Positions 37,041 through 47,205 of a stretch of 64,000 bases of DNA are shown here, in pieces. Both the position numbers and the translations under genes were made by a program. This stretch comes from Escherichia phage vB_EcoM_ECO78, in the sequence record PP526941.1; one strand, given 5' to 3'. Position 1 is the first letter of the stretch, and every line of letters starts with the position of its first letter. The notes under the pieces are model-generated. The model was not told the DNA's origin and made no database searches. It worked only from the letters and a program-made list of their open reading frames with translations.

Positions 37041-37850
37041 ATGCTTAAAGAACAACTGATTGCCGAAGCGCAGAAAATTGATGCTTCCGTTGCTCTTGAT
37101 AGTATTTTCGAATCAGTTAATATTTCTCCGGAAGCAAAAGAAACTTTCGGCACTGTATTCGAAGCTACCGTCAAGCAGCACGCCGTTAAATTAGCTGAAT
37201 CTCATATCGCTAAAATTGCTGAAAAAGCAGAAGAAGAAGTAGAAAAAAATAAAGAAGAAGCCGAAGAAAAAGCTGAGAAGAAAATCGCTGAGCAAGCTTC
37301 TAAATTCATTGACCATCTTGCGAAAGAATGGCTCGCTGAAAATAAATTAGCAGTTGATAAAGGTATCAAAGCCGAACTGTTTGAATCCATGCTTGGTGGA
37401 TTAAAAGAGCTCTTTGTTGAACACAACGTTGTTGTTCCAGAAGAATCAGTTGATGTTGTAGCTGAAATGGAAGAAGAGCTGCAAGAACATAAAGAAGAAT
37501 CAGCTCGTCTGTTCGAAGAACTCAATATGCGCGACGCATATATCAATTATGTGCAGCGTGAAGTGGCATTGAGCGAAAGTACTAAAGATCTGACTGAGTC
37601 TCAAAAAGAAAAAGTCTCTGCTCTGGTCGAAGGTATGGATTATTCAGATGCATTCTCAAGTAAATTGAGTGCAATCGTAGAAATGGTGAAGAAATCTAAT
37701 AAAGATGAAAGCACTATTACTGAGAGTATAAATACTCCTGATACTGAAGCAGCCGGACTGAATTTCGTCACTGAAGCTGTAGAAGATAAAGCTGCACAGG
37801 GTGCAGAAGATATTGTAAGTGTATATGCGAAAGTCGCATCTCGTTTCTAA
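37041..37850 (+). CDS. 22: gp22, major prohead scaffolding core protein, 269 aa
   Basis: Acidic coiled-coil scaffold; length as in T4. Confidence 0.93.
   Translation: MLKEQLIAEAQKIDASVALDSIFESVNISPEAKETFGTVFEATVKQHAVKLAESHIAKIAEKAEEEVEKNKEEAEEKAEKKIAEQASKFIDHLAKEWLAENKLAVDKGIKAELFESMLGGLKELFVEHNVVVPEESVDVVAEMEEELQEHKEESARLFEELNMRDAYINYVQREVALSESTKDLTESQKEKVSALVEGMDYSDAFSSKLSAIVEMVKKSNKDESTITESINTPDTEAAGLNFVTEAVEDKAAQGAEDIVSVYAKVASRF
37727..37734 (+). promoter_or_regulatory. late promoter TATAAATA inside the 3' end of gene 22 (gene 23 promoter)
   Basis: Exact TATAAATA about 135 nt upstream of the gene 23 ATG. Confidence 0.55.
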
Positions 37851-37868
37851 TTTTAAAGGTTAACACAA

Positions 37869-39434
37869 ATGACTATCAAAACTAAAGCTGAACTTTTGAA
37901 CAAATGGAAGCCATTACTGGAAGGTGAAGGTTTACCGGAAATTGCTAATAGCAAACAAGCGATTATCGCTAAAATCTTTGAAAACCAGGAAAAAGATTTC
38001 CAGACAGCTCCGGAATATAAAGACGAAAAAATTGCTCAGGCATTCGGTTCTTTCTTAACAGAAGCTGAAATCGGTGGTGACCATGGTTACAATGCTACTA
38101 ACATCGCTGCAGGTCAGACTTCTGGCGCAGTAACCCAGATTGGCCCAGCTGTTATGGGTATGGTACGTCGTGCTATTCCTAACCTGATTGCTTTCGATAT
38201 TTGCGGTGTTCAGCCGATGAACAGCCCGACTGGCCAGGTATTCGCACTGCGTGCAGTATATGGTAAAGACCCAATCGCTTCCGATGCTAAAGAAGCATTC
38301 CACCCAATGTATGGTCCAGATGCAATGTTCTCTGGCCAGGGTGCTGCTAAGAAATTCCCAGCTCTGGCTGCTAGCACACAAACCGTTGTAGGTGATATCT
38401 ATACTCACTTCTTCCAGGAAACTGGTACTGTGTATCTGCAAGCTTCCGCTGTAGTAACAATCGATGCTGGTGCGACTGATGCTGCTAAATTAGATGCTGA
38501 AATTAAGAAACAAATGGAAGCTGGTGCACTGGTAGAAATCGCTGAAGGTATGGCTACTTCTATCGCTGAACTTCAGGAAGGTTTCAACGGTTCTACCGAT
38601 AACCCATGGAATGAAATGGGCTTCCGTATCGATAAACAAGTTATCGAAGCTAAATCTCGTCAGCTGAAAGCTGCTTACTCTATTGAATTAGCACAAGACC
38701 TCCGCGCTGTTCACGGTATGGATGCTGATGCTGAACTGTCTGGTATTCTGGCTACAGAAATTATGCTGGAAATCAACCGCGAAGTTGTTGATTGGATTAA
38801 CTACTCAGCTCAGGTTGGTAAATCTGGTATGACCCTGACTCCAGGTTCTAAAGCTGGTGTATTTGACTTCCAGGATCCGATTGATATTCGTGGTGCTCGC
38901 TGGGCGGGTGAATCCTTTAAAGCTCTGTTGTTCCAGATTGACAAAGAAGCAGTTGAAATTGCTCGTCAGACTGGTCGCGGCGAAGGTAACTTCATTATCG
39001 CTTCCCGTAACGTAGTTAACGTTCTGGCTTCAGTTGATACTGGCATTTCTTATGCTGCACAGGGTCTGGCTACCGGCTTCAACACTGATACTACCAAGTC
39101 AGTATTTGCTGGTGTTCTGGGTGGTAAATACCGTGTATATATCGATCAGTATGCTAAACAGGATTATTTCACTGTAGGTTATAAAGGTCCGAACGAAATG
39201 GATGCTGGTATTTACTACGCTCCATATGTAGCTCTGACTCCGCTGCGTGGTTCCGATCCGAAGAACTTCCAACCAGTAATGGGATTCAAAACTCGTTACG
39301 GTATCGGTATCAACCCATTTGCAGAATCCGCTGCTCAGGCTCCGGCTTCTCGCATCCAGAGCGGTATGCCTTCTATTCTGAATAGCCTTGGTAAAAACGC
39401 TTACTTCCGCCGTGTATATGTTAAAGGTATCTAA
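37869..39434 (+). CDS. 23: gp23, major capsid protein, 521 aa
   Basis: Length and synteny as in T4; strongly biased codon usage typical of a very highly expressed gene. Confidence 0.96.
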   Translation: MTIKTKAELLNKWKPLLEGEGLPEIANSKQAIIAKIFENQEKDFQTAPEYKDEKIAQAFGSFLTEAEIGGDHGYNATNIAAGQTSGAVTQIGPAVMGMVRRAIPNLIAFDICGVQPMNSPTGQVFALRAVYGKDPIASDAKEAFHPMYGPDAMFSGQGAAKKFPALAASTQTVVGDIYTHFFQETGTVYLQASAVVTIDAGATDAAKLDAEIKKQMEAGALVEIAEGMATSIAELQEGFNGSTDNPWNEMGFRIDKQVIEAKSRQLKAAYSIELAQDLRAVHGMDADAELSGILATEIMLEINREVVDWINYSAQVGKSGMTLTPGSKAGVFDFQDPIDIRGARWAGESFKALLFQIDKEAVEIARQTGRGEGNFIIASRNVVNVLASVDTGISYAAQGLATGFNTDTTKSVFAGVLGGKYRVYIDQYAKQDYFTVGYKGPNEMDAGIYYAPYVALTPLRGSDPKNFQPVMGFKTRYGIGINPFAESAAQAPASRIQSGMPSILNSLGKNAYFRRVYVKGI

Positions 39435-39449
39435 TCTTTGACGATTTAA

Positions 39450-39480
39450 GGGACCTTCGGGTCCCTTTAGTTGTTTTTAT
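39450..39480 (+). terminator. rho-independent terminator after gene 23 (UUCG tetraloop hairpin plus U-run)
   Basis: GGGACC-TTCG-GGTCCC followed by TTTAGTTGTTTTT. Confidence 0.65.
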
Positions 39481-39482
39481 GG

Positions 39483-39490
39483 TATAAATA
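39483..39490 (+). promoter_or_regulatory. late promoter TATAAATA for gene 24
   Basis: Exact TATAAATA 27 nt upstream of the ATG at 39518. Confidence 0.6.
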
Positions 39491-39517
39491 AATCATATAA
39501 ACCAAAAGGAAAGCGCA

Positions 39518-40801
39518 ATGGCTAAAATCAACGAACTTCTGCGCGAATCAACCACAACGAATAGCAACTCAATCGGTCGCCCAAATCTCGTTGCTTTGAC
39601 TCGCGCTACCACTAAATTAATATATTCTGACATTGTAGCAACGCAAAGAACTAATCAACCTGTTGCTGCTTTTTATGGTATCAAATACCTTAACCCAGAT
39701 AACGAATTTACATTTAAAACTGGTGCTACTTACGCTGGCGAAGCTGGGTATGTAGACCGAGAACAAATCACAGAATTAACAGAAGAGTCTAAATTAACTC
39801 TCAATAAAGGCGATTTATTCAAATATAATAATATCGTTTATAAAGTATTAGAAGATACACCATTTGCTGATATTGAAGAAAGCGATTTAGAATTAGCTCT
39901 TCAGATTGCAATTGTTCTTTTAAAGGTTCGTCTATTTTCTGATGCTGCAGTAACAAGCAAATTTGAAAGCTCTGATAGTGAAATTGCGGATGCTAGATTC
40001 CAGATTAATAAATGGCAAACCGCGGTTAAATCTCGTAAACTTAAAACTGGCATCACAGTTGAATTAGCACAAGATTTAGAAGCAAATGGATTCGATGCTC
40101 CTAATTTCTTGGAAGATTTGCTTGCAACCGAAATGGCAGATGAAATCAATAAAGATATTCTACAGTCTTTGATTACAGTGTCAAAACGCTATAAAGTTAC
40201 AGGAATTACTGATACTGGATTCATTGATTTGAGTTATGCATCTGCACCCGAAGCGGGTCGTTCATTATACCGAATGGTATGTGAAATGGTTTCGCATATC
40301 CAAAAAGAATCAACTTATACAGCAACGTTCTGTGTTGCTTCAGCTCGTGCTGCTGCGATTCTTGCTGCATCAGGTTGGTTAAAACATAAACCAGAAGATG
40401 ATAAATATCTTTCACAAAATGCCTATGGGTTCTTAGCTAATGGTTTACCGCTTTATTGCGATACTAACAGCCCATTAGATTATGTAATCGTTGGCGTAGT
40501 AGAAAATATCGGTGAAAAAGAAATTGTTGGATCAATTTTCTATGCTCCGTATACAGAAGGTCTCGACTTAGATGACCCTGAACATGTAGGTGCATTTAAA
40601 GTTGTGGTTGATCCAGAAAGCTTACAACCGTCTATCGGTTTATTAGTTAGATATGCTTTATCAGCAAATCCTTACACTGTAGCAAAAGATGAAAAAGAAG
40701 CAAGAATAATTGACGGTGGAGACATGGATAAAATGGCAGGTCGTTCAGATTTGTCTGTTTTATTAGGTGTTAAATTACCAAAAATTATTATCGATGAATA
40801 A
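39518..40801 (+). CDS. 24: gp24, capsid vertex protein, 427 aa
   Basis: Paralog-like similarity to gp23; length as in T4. Confidence 0.95.
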   Translation: MAKINELLRESTTTNSNSIGRPNLVALTRATTKLIYSDIVATQRTNQPVAAFYGIKYLNPDNEFTFKTGATYAGEAGYVDREQITELTEESKLTLNKGDLFKYNNIVYKVLEDTPFADIEESDLELALQIAIVLLKVRLFSDAAVTSKFESSDSEIADARFQINKWQTAVKSRKLKTGITVELAQDLEANGFDAPNFLEDLLATEMADEINKDILQSLITVSKRYKVTGITDTGFIDLSYASAPEAGRSLYRMVCEMVSHIQKESTYTATFCVASARAAAILAASGWLKHKPEDDKYLSQNAYGFLANGLPLYCDTNSPLDYVIVGVVENIGEKEIVGSIFYAPYTEGLDLDDPEHVGAFKVVVDPESLQPSIGLLVRYALSANPYTVAKDEKEARIIDGGDMDKMAGRSDLSVLLGVKLPKIIIDE

Positions 40802-40807
40802 AACAAA

Positions 40808-40830
40808 GGGACCGAAAGGTCCCTTTTTAT
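40808..40830. terminator. bidirectional terminator between convergent genes 24 and rnlB
   Basis: GGGACC-GAAA-GGTCCC with T-run on the plus side (TTTTTATTT) and T-rich on the minus side (TTTGTTTTA). Confidence 0.6.
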
Positions 40831-41835
40831 TTAGCTCACCAACTCAATCCAAGCTGGACGAAGTACATCTTGTACCATTTTAACTAATTCCTTTTTAATC
40901 AAAGAAGGATTATCTGCTTGAGTTAGAGTAATACCTTCACGAGAAGTTTCTTCCAAAATATCTTGAACAGTTAGTCCCATCACCTTTCCAAAATCATTTG
41001 GACCAATTTCGCCAATTTTAGAAATAACGTTATTTACTCGGTTCAGTGTAACATAACAAGCTAAAATTCCCAGCAATTTATTATCAGCTTCTGACAGTTC
41101 AACTTTAGCTTTAATAGGCTTATCAGACTTTTTCTTTTCGCTAAATTTAGAGTTCTTGCATTTGATGGCTACACGATTGCGATTAGGCAGCCAAGAAGGA
41201 TAACAAGGTTTCAATACATATCCTTCAGCGGTAAATACTTCGCCTTTTGCTTCAGAATTCCAAACGCATTTATTTGCATCAACTAATCCAGCGTGGTCTA
41301 CTGTAAAATTATAATCTTGGACGACAGAATCTAAATCATTTGGCAATTTAATAAGCTCTTCAAATTTACCGCGACCTAAAAGTGGAGCCATTTTAAATTT
41401 AAACGTATTACAGAATGATTCCATCATATAATCATCGACATAAGTCACATCACCACTTTCTGTAGTAACAATAATGTCAAATACATAAAAATCTTTATCG
41501 CCATAATCGACATTCTTCTGAATGCCAGGTCCAGCGAATTCGCCAAAGACTTGATAAGATACAACCGCTGAGGTTTCCATAATATCTTGTACTGCTTTAA
41601 TGGAATCAGCATAATTCTTTAGAATAATTTCATACCCAAAGAAATCTTCAGCAGGAAGAATAGGACCAGTACGTTTAGCACAAGTTACTTTATCACGCTC
41701 AATAATCAATGAGAAATTTGTGCCGTGAATCTTTTCACGAGCTACCCACTCCCCACCAGTCAATCCCAAGCTATAAAGTTTTTCAATGAATTTAGAATTG
41801 TAATGATTTTCAAGACTGCTATATTTTTTAAACAT
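40831..41835 (-). CDS. rnlB: RNA ligase 2 (RnlB), 334 aa
   Basis: N-terminus [13 protein letters not shown]... with KIHGTN ligase motif I (lysine nucleophile). Confidence 0.9.
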   Translation of the reverse strand: MFKKYSSLENHYNSKFIEKLYSLGLTGGEWVAREKIHGTNFSLIIERDKVTCAKRTGPILPAEDFFGYEIILKNYADSIKAVQDIMETSAVVSYQVFGEFAGPGIQKNVDYGDKDFYVFDIIVTTESGDVTYVDDYMMESFCNTFKFKMAPLLGRGKFEELIKLPNDLDSVVQDYNFTVDHAGLVDANKCVWNSEAKGEVFTAEGYVLKPCYPSWLPNRNRVAIKCKNSKFSEKKKSDKPIKAKVELSEADNKLLGILACYVTLNRVNNVISKIGEIGPNDFGKVMGLTVQDILEETSREGITLTQADNPSLIKKELVKMVQDVLRPAWIELVS

Positions 41836-41844
41836 AATTAATCC

Positions 41845-42123
41845 TCAAAATATAATTTCTAACCAATCACCATCACGCTGATCACTATTAACTTTAAAGC
41901 TGAATCCTTCTTTTCTCAGCCAATCACCAATTTCTTCAGTAATCAATTTATCACGAGCAATACAATAATAATTAAAATGTGTTTTACCTTGTTCAGCTGC
42001 TTTATTAGCAAGTTCCGAAAAATCTTTAATAAAACACTCTAGCTTAAACTGTTTACTTTTTAATGCTTTTTCGCGTAATTGATTAGCAAAAGATTCATTT
42101 TCATAAAGATCATACTGTTCCAT
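41845..42123 (-). CDS. hypothetical protein, 92 aa (24.2-like position)
   Basis: ATG start; located between rnlB and hoc. Confidence 0.55.
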   Translation of the reverse strand: MEQYDLYENESFANQLREKALKSKQFKLECFIKDFSELANKAAEQGKTHFNYYCIARDKLITEEIGDWLRKEGFSFKVNSDQRDGDWLEIIF

Positions 42124-42325
42124 TTTTCACCTTTTTATTAATATGTCTTTTTCTATAGACAACTTTTTCTCGAGTTTCAAATTTATTCTTAGCAGTCATA
42201 GCTCGAGCCCATAATACAGCCACTTCTTTAGCCTGTAAGTTTAATTCACGAGCAATTTCAATGAATGACTTTCCAGACTCATGAAGAGTAAACACCACAA
42301 CCTCAGTTCTCATAATCAATCTCAT
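42110..42325 (-). CDS. hypothetical small protein with HTH-like segment, 71 aa (start uncertain)
   Basis: Segment SFIEIARELNLQAKEVAVLWARA resembles a helix-turn-helix; no clear RBS for either candidate ATG. Confidence 0.4.
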   Translation of the reverse strand: MRLIMRTEVVVFTLHESGKSFIEIARELNLQAKEVAVLWARAMTAKNKFETREKVVYRKRHINKKVKNGTV

Positions 42326-42382
42326 GTTATCGAGTTGGTGCCATTATATACATCATTTTCTGATTATGTTTTGTGTGCTTTC

Positions 42383-42408
42383 AAAATGAAGAAAGGGGCC
42401 GAAGCCCC
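42383..42408 (-). terminator. rho-independent terminator after hoc (GGGGC-UUCG-GCCCC plus U-run)
   Basis: Minus strand GGGGCTTCGGCCCC followed by TTTCTTCATTTT. Confidence 0.6.
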
Positions 42409-42414
42409 TTATGA

Positions 42415-43833
42415 TTATGGATAGGTATAGATGATACCAGTTTCTAAAGCAGTTTTGTGAATGATGTATCCATTACGCGATTCTTGGACATCAACTTCTG
42501 GATAATCTTTCATCATCTTCTGGAGAGTGTAACGATGCAGATAGTATTTACTATCTGGGTCTTCAGTTTTCCAATCTTTACCTTCTTCAGTCATTTTTTG
42601 AATTTCATCCATAACCCACCAACCGCACCAGATATAAGCTGAAGTACGATGTGGAAGAGGATGAACATAAGGCAATTCACCTTCTGGTTCTGGAGCAACT
42701 TTATCAGTCACTTGAACTTGACCTTCTGCTGTGATAGTTTTGCTATCATAATCAGTGGCAGTAACAGTTGCAGTAACTTCAATAGTTTGACTTCCAATAG
42801 ATGATGTATCAACGGTGTATACATTAGTTGACCCTTCTACAGGAGAAGAATCTTTCTTCCATGAATAAGTAATTTGTGCTTCTTCTGGAGCATCCGTAAC
42901 ATTAGCAGTAAATGTAGCCGAAGCATCTTGCTGAACGTTAATAGAAGGAGGAGTCAATGTAACCCGTGGATTCATTGTTTTCTTATTAACTGTCAATGAT
43001 ACTTCATTCGAAGTAACTTCCTTTTCATTGTAATTTTCAGCAGTTACTTGGGCTACGCATTTAATTCTTTTTACTCCACTTGTAGTTGGAGTATAGTTAA
43101 ATGTAGAGTTAGTTTCTCCACCAACTTGTGAATCATCTACATACCACTGATACGTAGCAGACGCTCCAACTGGTTGAGAAGCTAAGGCAGCAGTAAATTG
43201 AACTGGGGTTCCAATCACTCCAGCAGCAGGACTATCAGGAGTTACTGCCAAGGTAGTTGTCTGCGTCTTTTTATTAACAGTCAGTGACACTTCATTAGAA
43301 GTAACGCTTAGTGTATCATAATCTGTCGCGGTTACTTGAGCCACACACTTAATTGTTTTAACTCCGCTTGTGGTAGGAGTGTAATTGAATGTAGCAGAAG
43401 TTGCTTCGCCAACAGGAGAACCGTCAACGTGCCATTGATACGTAGCAGATGCACCTGGTGGCTGCGAAGCTAAAGCGGCAGTAAATTCAATAGCTGTTCC
43501 GATTACTCCAGCGTCAGGGCTATTAGGAGTTACAGCTAAGGTGGTCGTTTGTGTCTTATTTTGAACTGTGATAGTTGTAGTAGCTTCTGCTGTTTCAGCA
43601 TCAGTATCTGGAACTGTATTTGTTGCAACTACTTTAATAGTCTTTTGCCCGGCAGGTCCTTTTAGTACATAACTAAAAGTTGCTTCAGCTCCATCTTGTG
43701 GAACATCATCCACAGTCCAAGCATATGTAATAGTTCCGCCTCCAGTTTCACCACTGGGTGTAGCAGTAAACTGCTTAGTTTCATCAATAACCCCTGTCGA
43801 TGTTTTAGGAGTTATATCAACTGTAAAAGCCAT
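42415..43833 (-). CDS. hoc: Hoc, highly immunogenic outer capsid protein, 472 aa with four Ig-like domains
   Basis: N-terminus MAFTVDITPKT..., C-terminal capsid-binding region WCGWWVMDEIQ; contains two near-identical 96-aa Ig-like units in tandem. Confidence 0.9.
   Translation of the reverse strand: MAFTVDITPKTSTGVIDETKQFTATPSGETGGGTITYAWTVDDVPQDGAEATFSYVLKGPAGQKTIKVVATNTVPDTDAETAEATTTITVQNKTQTTTLAVTPNSPDAGVIGTAIEFTAALASQPPGASATYQWHVDGSPVGEATSATFNYTPTTSGVKTIKCVAQVTATDYDTLSVTSNEVSLTVNKKTQTTTLAVTPDSPAAGVIGTPVQFTAALASQPVGASATYQWYVDDSQVGGETNSTFNYTPTTSGVKRIKCVAQVTAENYNEKEVTSNEVSLTVNKKTMNPRVTLTPPSINVQQDASATFTANVTDAPEEAQITYSWKKDSSPVEGSTNVYTVDTSSIGSQTIEVTATVTATDYDSKTITAEGQVQVTDKVAPEPEGELPYVHPLPHRTSAYIWCGWWVMDEIQKMTEEGKDWKTEDPDSKYYLHRYTLQKMMKDYPEVDVQESRNGYIIHKTALETGIIYTYP
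42979..43554 (-). repeat. intragenic tandem duplication (2 x 288 bp) encoding two Ig-like Hoc domains
   Basis: Protein segments 94-189 and 190-285 share most residues (TQTTTLAVTP...VSLTVNKK). Confidence 0.75.
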
Positions 43834-43842
43834 AAGTTATCC

Positions 43843-44523
43843 TTATTTTAATGTTACGAAAGAAGAGTTGCGTGTTTCACGAATTAAAACTGATCCATCA
43901 CGGTTAATGTAATAAATTAAGCTAAATAAAGTTTGATGTGCTGACGCATGTTCAAAACTAGTTGGGTGAGATTTCCAATCAGGAGTTTCAGCAATCCATT
44001 GATAAATCCACCAAGGAACAGTACAGAATCCTGGATTTTTTCCAATCAGCTGAAGATTCGGACTAAAGTTTTCCGGAAGAGTAAATACAGACGGCTTTTC
44101 AGATTCAATAATCTCAGCTACAGCCTGTTCAAATTTTTCTTCAACAAAGGGAGTATCTTCAATCAAAATATCAGTATTTTCAGGAATTTTATCCGTTTCT
44201 ACTACTTCAATTTTAATGTCAGATTTAACCGGAGAATCAATCAGAAGTGCTGCTTCTGGATTGACTTCTTCATCGTCATATTTTAATCCCTCTGCAGCAT
44301 CAGCAGCATCAATTAAGTCTTTAATAGATAACCCATCAGTCTCTGGCATAGGTTCACTAGCGAGCTTCTGGAGGGCTTCTTCAATATCAACAACGATATT
44401 ATCAAAAGATTTATTCTTTTTGACCTTTATACCAAACTGTTCAGCATATTCAGCTAATTTAGCTTTAGCTTCTTTATTATCATCAAGAGCCTTCAGCTCT
44501 GCAATATAATCTTTATCTATCAT
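43843..44523 (-). CDS. inh: Inh, inhibitor of prohead protease gp21, 226 aa
   Basis: Length and position (hoc-inh-segE-uvsW) as in T4. Confidence 0.8.
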   Translation of the reverse strand: MIDKDYIAELKALDDNKEAKAKLAEYAEQFGIKVKKNKSFDNIVVDIEEALQKLASEPMPETDGLSIKDLIDAADAAEGLKYDDEEVNPEAALLIDSPVKSDIKIEVVETDKIPENTDILIEDTPFVEEKFEQAVAEIIESEKPSVFTLPENFSPNLQLIGKNPGFCTVPWWIYQWIAETPDWKSHPTSFEHASAHQTLFSLIYYINRDGSVLIRETRNSSFVTLK

Positions 44524-44536
44524 AATATTTCCTCAG

Positions 44537-44544
44537 TATAAATA
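44537..44544 (+). promoter_or_regulatory. late promoter TATAAATA upstream of the segE-like gene
   Basis: Exact TATAAATA 29 nt upstream of the ATG at 44573. Confidence 0.5.
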
Positions 44545-44572
44545 TAGATATATTTATTACTCGGAAAATAGT

Positions 44573-45190
44573 ATGTACCACTTTGTATATGAAACAACAA
44601 ATCTAATAAATGGTAAAAAGTATATAGGAAAGCACTCTACTGATGACTTGAATGATGGTTACCTTGGTTCCGGTAAGGCAATTCAGCAGGCTATAAAGAA
44701 ATATGGTGAAAACAATTTCTCTAGAACAATACTAAAAGAGTTTAAAACTTCCGAAGAAGCGTACATGTATGAAGAAGAAATTATAACTCCTGAACTAATA
44801 AAAAGCAAAAATTATTATAATATGAAACCTGGTGGAATTGGTGGAATTGTTATGACTACAGATGTTATAGCAAAGATGAAAGAATCTTCCGCTAAAAGAT
44901 TTGAAAACTCACCGGGCACGGTATTAGGTAAAACTTGTTACACTAATGGAACTAAAAATATTTTTATTAAACCTGGAGAACTTGTTCCAGAAGGATTTGT
45001 AAAAGGGATGGTTCATCCTAATAGAAAGTCCAGAAAAGGATGTAAAGTCAAACCGACTACCACAGGAACTTTTTGGGTCAATAATGGCGCAATAAATAAA
45101 TTAATACAACCAGACGGTATTATTCCCGACGGATTTATTAAAGGTCGTCTCATGAAAAGAGATTCTAAAGGCAAATTTAGTAAGGCATAA
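44573..45190 (+). CDS. segE: GIY-YIG homing endonuclease (SegE-like), 205 aa
   Basis: N-terminal GIY-YIG motif (HFVYETTNLINGKKYIGKH) with downstream conserved R, E, N; same position and length as T4 segE. Confidence 0.8.
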   Translation: MYHFVYETTNLINGKKYIGKHSTDDLNDGYLGSGKAIQQAIKKYGENNFSRTILKEFKTSEEAYMYEEEIITPELIKSKNYYNMKPGGIGGIVMTTDVIAKMKESSAKRFENSPGTVLGKTCYTNGTKNIFIKPGELVPEGFVKGMVHPNRKSRKGCKVKPTTTGTFWVNNGAINKLIQPDGIIPDGFIKGRLMKRDSKGKFSKA

Positions 45191-45192
45191 TT

Positions 45193-46701
45193 ATGGATAT
45201 TAAAGTACATTTTCACGACTTCAGTCATGTACGCATCGATTGTGAAGAGAGCACGTTCCACGAATTAAGAGATTTCTTTTCGTTTGAGGCCGATGGATAT
45301 AGATTTAATCCTCGCTTCAGATATGGCAACTGGGATGGACGAATCCGTCTTTTAGATTATAATCGACTTCTTCCATTCGGCTTAGTCGGGCAAATTAAAA
45401 AGTTCTGCGATAACTTTGGCTATAAAGCCTGGATTGACCCACAAATTAACGAAAAAGAAGAATTATCAAGAAAAGATTTTGATGAATGGCTTTCTAAATT
45501 AGAAATCTATTCAGGAAATAAAAGAATTGAACCGCACTGGTATCAAAAAGATGCAGTGTTCGAAGGATTAGTTAATCGTCGTAGAATTCTTAATCTTCCA
45601 ACATCCGCTGGTAAATCTTTAATTCAAGCTTTGCTTGCGCGATATTATTTGGAAAATTATGAAGGTAAAATTCTTATCATTGTTCCAACAACTGCTCTGA
45701 CAACTCAGATGGCTGATGACTTTGTTGACTATCGTTTATTCAGTCATGCAATGATAAAGAAAATCGGCGGTGGAGCATCAAAAGATGATAAATATAAAAA
45801 TGATGCACCAGTCGTTGTTGGTACATGGCAAACTGTAGTAAAACAACCGAAAGAATGGTTCTCACAGTTTGGAATGATGATGAATGATGAATGCCATCTT
45901 GCTACAGGAAAAAGTATTTCATCTATCATATCAGGTTTAAATAACTGTATGTTTAAATTTGGTTTGTCTGGTTCATTACGTGATGGCAAAGCTAATATCA
46001 TGCAGTATGTTGGAATGTTTGGTGAAATATTTAAGCCAGTAACGACTTCTAAATTAATGGAAGATGGACAAGTAACTGAGCTAAAAATTAATAGTATTTT
46101 TCTTCGCTATCCCGATGAGTTCACTACTAAATTAAAGGGAAAAACTTACCAAGAAGAAATAAAAATTATCACTGGACTCAGTAAAAGAAATAAATGGATC
46201 GCTAAATTAGCTATTAAGCTTGCACAAAAAGATGAAAACGCTTTTGTCATGTTTAAACACGTATCACACGGTAAAGCTATTTTCGATTTAATTAAAAATG
46301 AATACGATAAAGTTTATTACGTATCAGGGGAAGTTGATACCGAAACCCGCAATATAATGAAAACCTTAGCTGAAAACGGTAAAGGAATAATTATAGTAGC
46401 TAGTTATGGTGTATTTTCTACCGGTATTTCAGTTAAAAATCTGCATCACGTTGTTTTAGCACACGGTGTTAAATCTAAAATTATTGTATTGCAAACAATC
46501 GGTCGTGTATTACGTAAGCATGGTTCCAAAACAATCGCAACAGTCTGGGACCTCATCGATGATTGTGGTGTTAAGCCAAAATCTGCTAATACGAAAAAGA
46601 AATACGTTCATTTGAACTATCTTTTAAAACACGGCATTGATCGTATTCAGCGCTACGCAGATGAAAAATTTAATTACGTAATGAAAACAGTTAATTTATA
46701 A
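45193..46701 (+). CDS. uvsW: UvsW, RNA-DNA / DNA-DNA helicase (SF2), 502 aa
   Basis: Walker A LPTSAGKS, DECH box MMNDECH; N-terminus MDIKVHFHDFSHVRIDCEE... Confidence 0.93.
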   Translation: MDIKVHFHDFSHVRIDCEESTFHELRDFFSFEADGYRFNPRFRYGNWDGRIRLLDYNRLLPFGLVGQIKKFCDNFGYKAWIDPQINEKEELSRKDFDEWLSKLEIYSGNKRIEPHWYQKDAVFEGLVNRRRILNLPTSAGKSLIQALLARYYLENYEGKILIIVPTTALTTQMADDFVDYRLFSHAMIKKIGGGASKDDKYKNDAPVVVGTWQTVVKQPKEWFSQFGMMMNDECHLATGKSISSIISGLNNCMFKFGLSGSLRDGKANIMQYVGMFGEIFKPVTTSKLMEDGQVTELKINSIFLRYPDEFTTKLKGKTYQEEIKIITGLSKRNKWIAKLAIKLAQKDENAFVMFKHVSHGKAIFDLIKNEYDKVYYVSGEVDTETRNIMKTLAENGKGIIIVASYGVFSTGISVKNLHHVVLAHGVKSKIIVLQTIGRVLRKHGSKTIATVWDLIDDCGVKPKSANTKKKYVHLNYLLKHGIDRIQRYADEKFNYVMKTVNL

Positions 46702-46713
46702 GGGCTTCGGCCC
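46702..46713 (+). other. UUCG-tetraloop hairpin (GGGC-TTCG-GCCC) immediately after the uvsW stop
   Basis: Perfect 4-bp stem with UUCG loop followed by TTT. Confidence 0.45.
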
Positions 46714-46726
46714 TTTGGAGAAAAAG

Positions 46727-46957
46727 ATGTTACTAGAATTTAAACAATTTCTTTATGAAGCTTCTATTGATGAATTTATGGGTAAAATTGCCTCTTGTCA
46801 AACAATAGAAGGTCTAGAAGAACTTGAAGCTTATTATAAGAAAAGAGTTAAAGAAACTGAATTAAAAGATACTGATGACATCTCCGTGAGAGATGCTTTG
46901 GCAGGAAAAAGAGCTGAATTAGAAGATTCAGACGATGAAGTAGAAGAAAGCTTTTAA
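46727..46957 (+). CDS. uvsW.1: UvsW.1, small acidic protein, 76 aa
   Basis: MLLEFKQFLYEASIDEF...; GGAG RBS before the ATG at 46727 (track start is an upstream TTG). Confidence 0.8.
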   Translation: MLLEFKQFLYEASIDEFMGKIASCQTIEGLEELEAYYKKRVKETELKDTDDISVRDALAGKRAELEDSDDEVEESF

Positions 46958-47012
46958 ATTAAAAAAGGCCCAACCAAAAAGGAAGGGCCAAAACTATAGA
47001 CTAAAGGTCACA

Positions 47013-47180
47013 CTATAGCAAAAGTTGTGTTTCATTTAATTGTTCTTCCGAACTTTCTGAAACTGGTAGTTCTTTAATGTAATTATAACAAGGCCCAGGA
47101 TGTACAGGACCTTTGTCTGTTTCAACAACCAATGCAGAATCGATTGGAGTTTTACAGACAACGCAAATCTTATCTGACAT
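47013..47180 (-). CDS. small Cys-containing protein, 55 aa, not in the ORF track
   Basis: ATG at 47178-47180 with GGAGA RBS; MSDKICVVCKTPIDSALVVETDKGPVHPGPCYNY...; minus-strand TATAAATA 26 nt upstream. Confidence 0.5.
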   Translation of the reverse strand: MSDKICVVCKTPIDSALVVETDKGPVHPGPCYNYIKELPVSESSEEQLNETQLLL

Positions 47181-47205
47181 GATTGTCTCCTCTAAATTAT
47201 ATATC

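Noticed and set aside
37202-40415. Antisense ORFs within genes 22, 23 and 24 (37202..37546, 38055..38441, 39901..40149, 40221..40415)
   Set aside because: They are antisense to the most highly expressed late genes, with no initiation signals.
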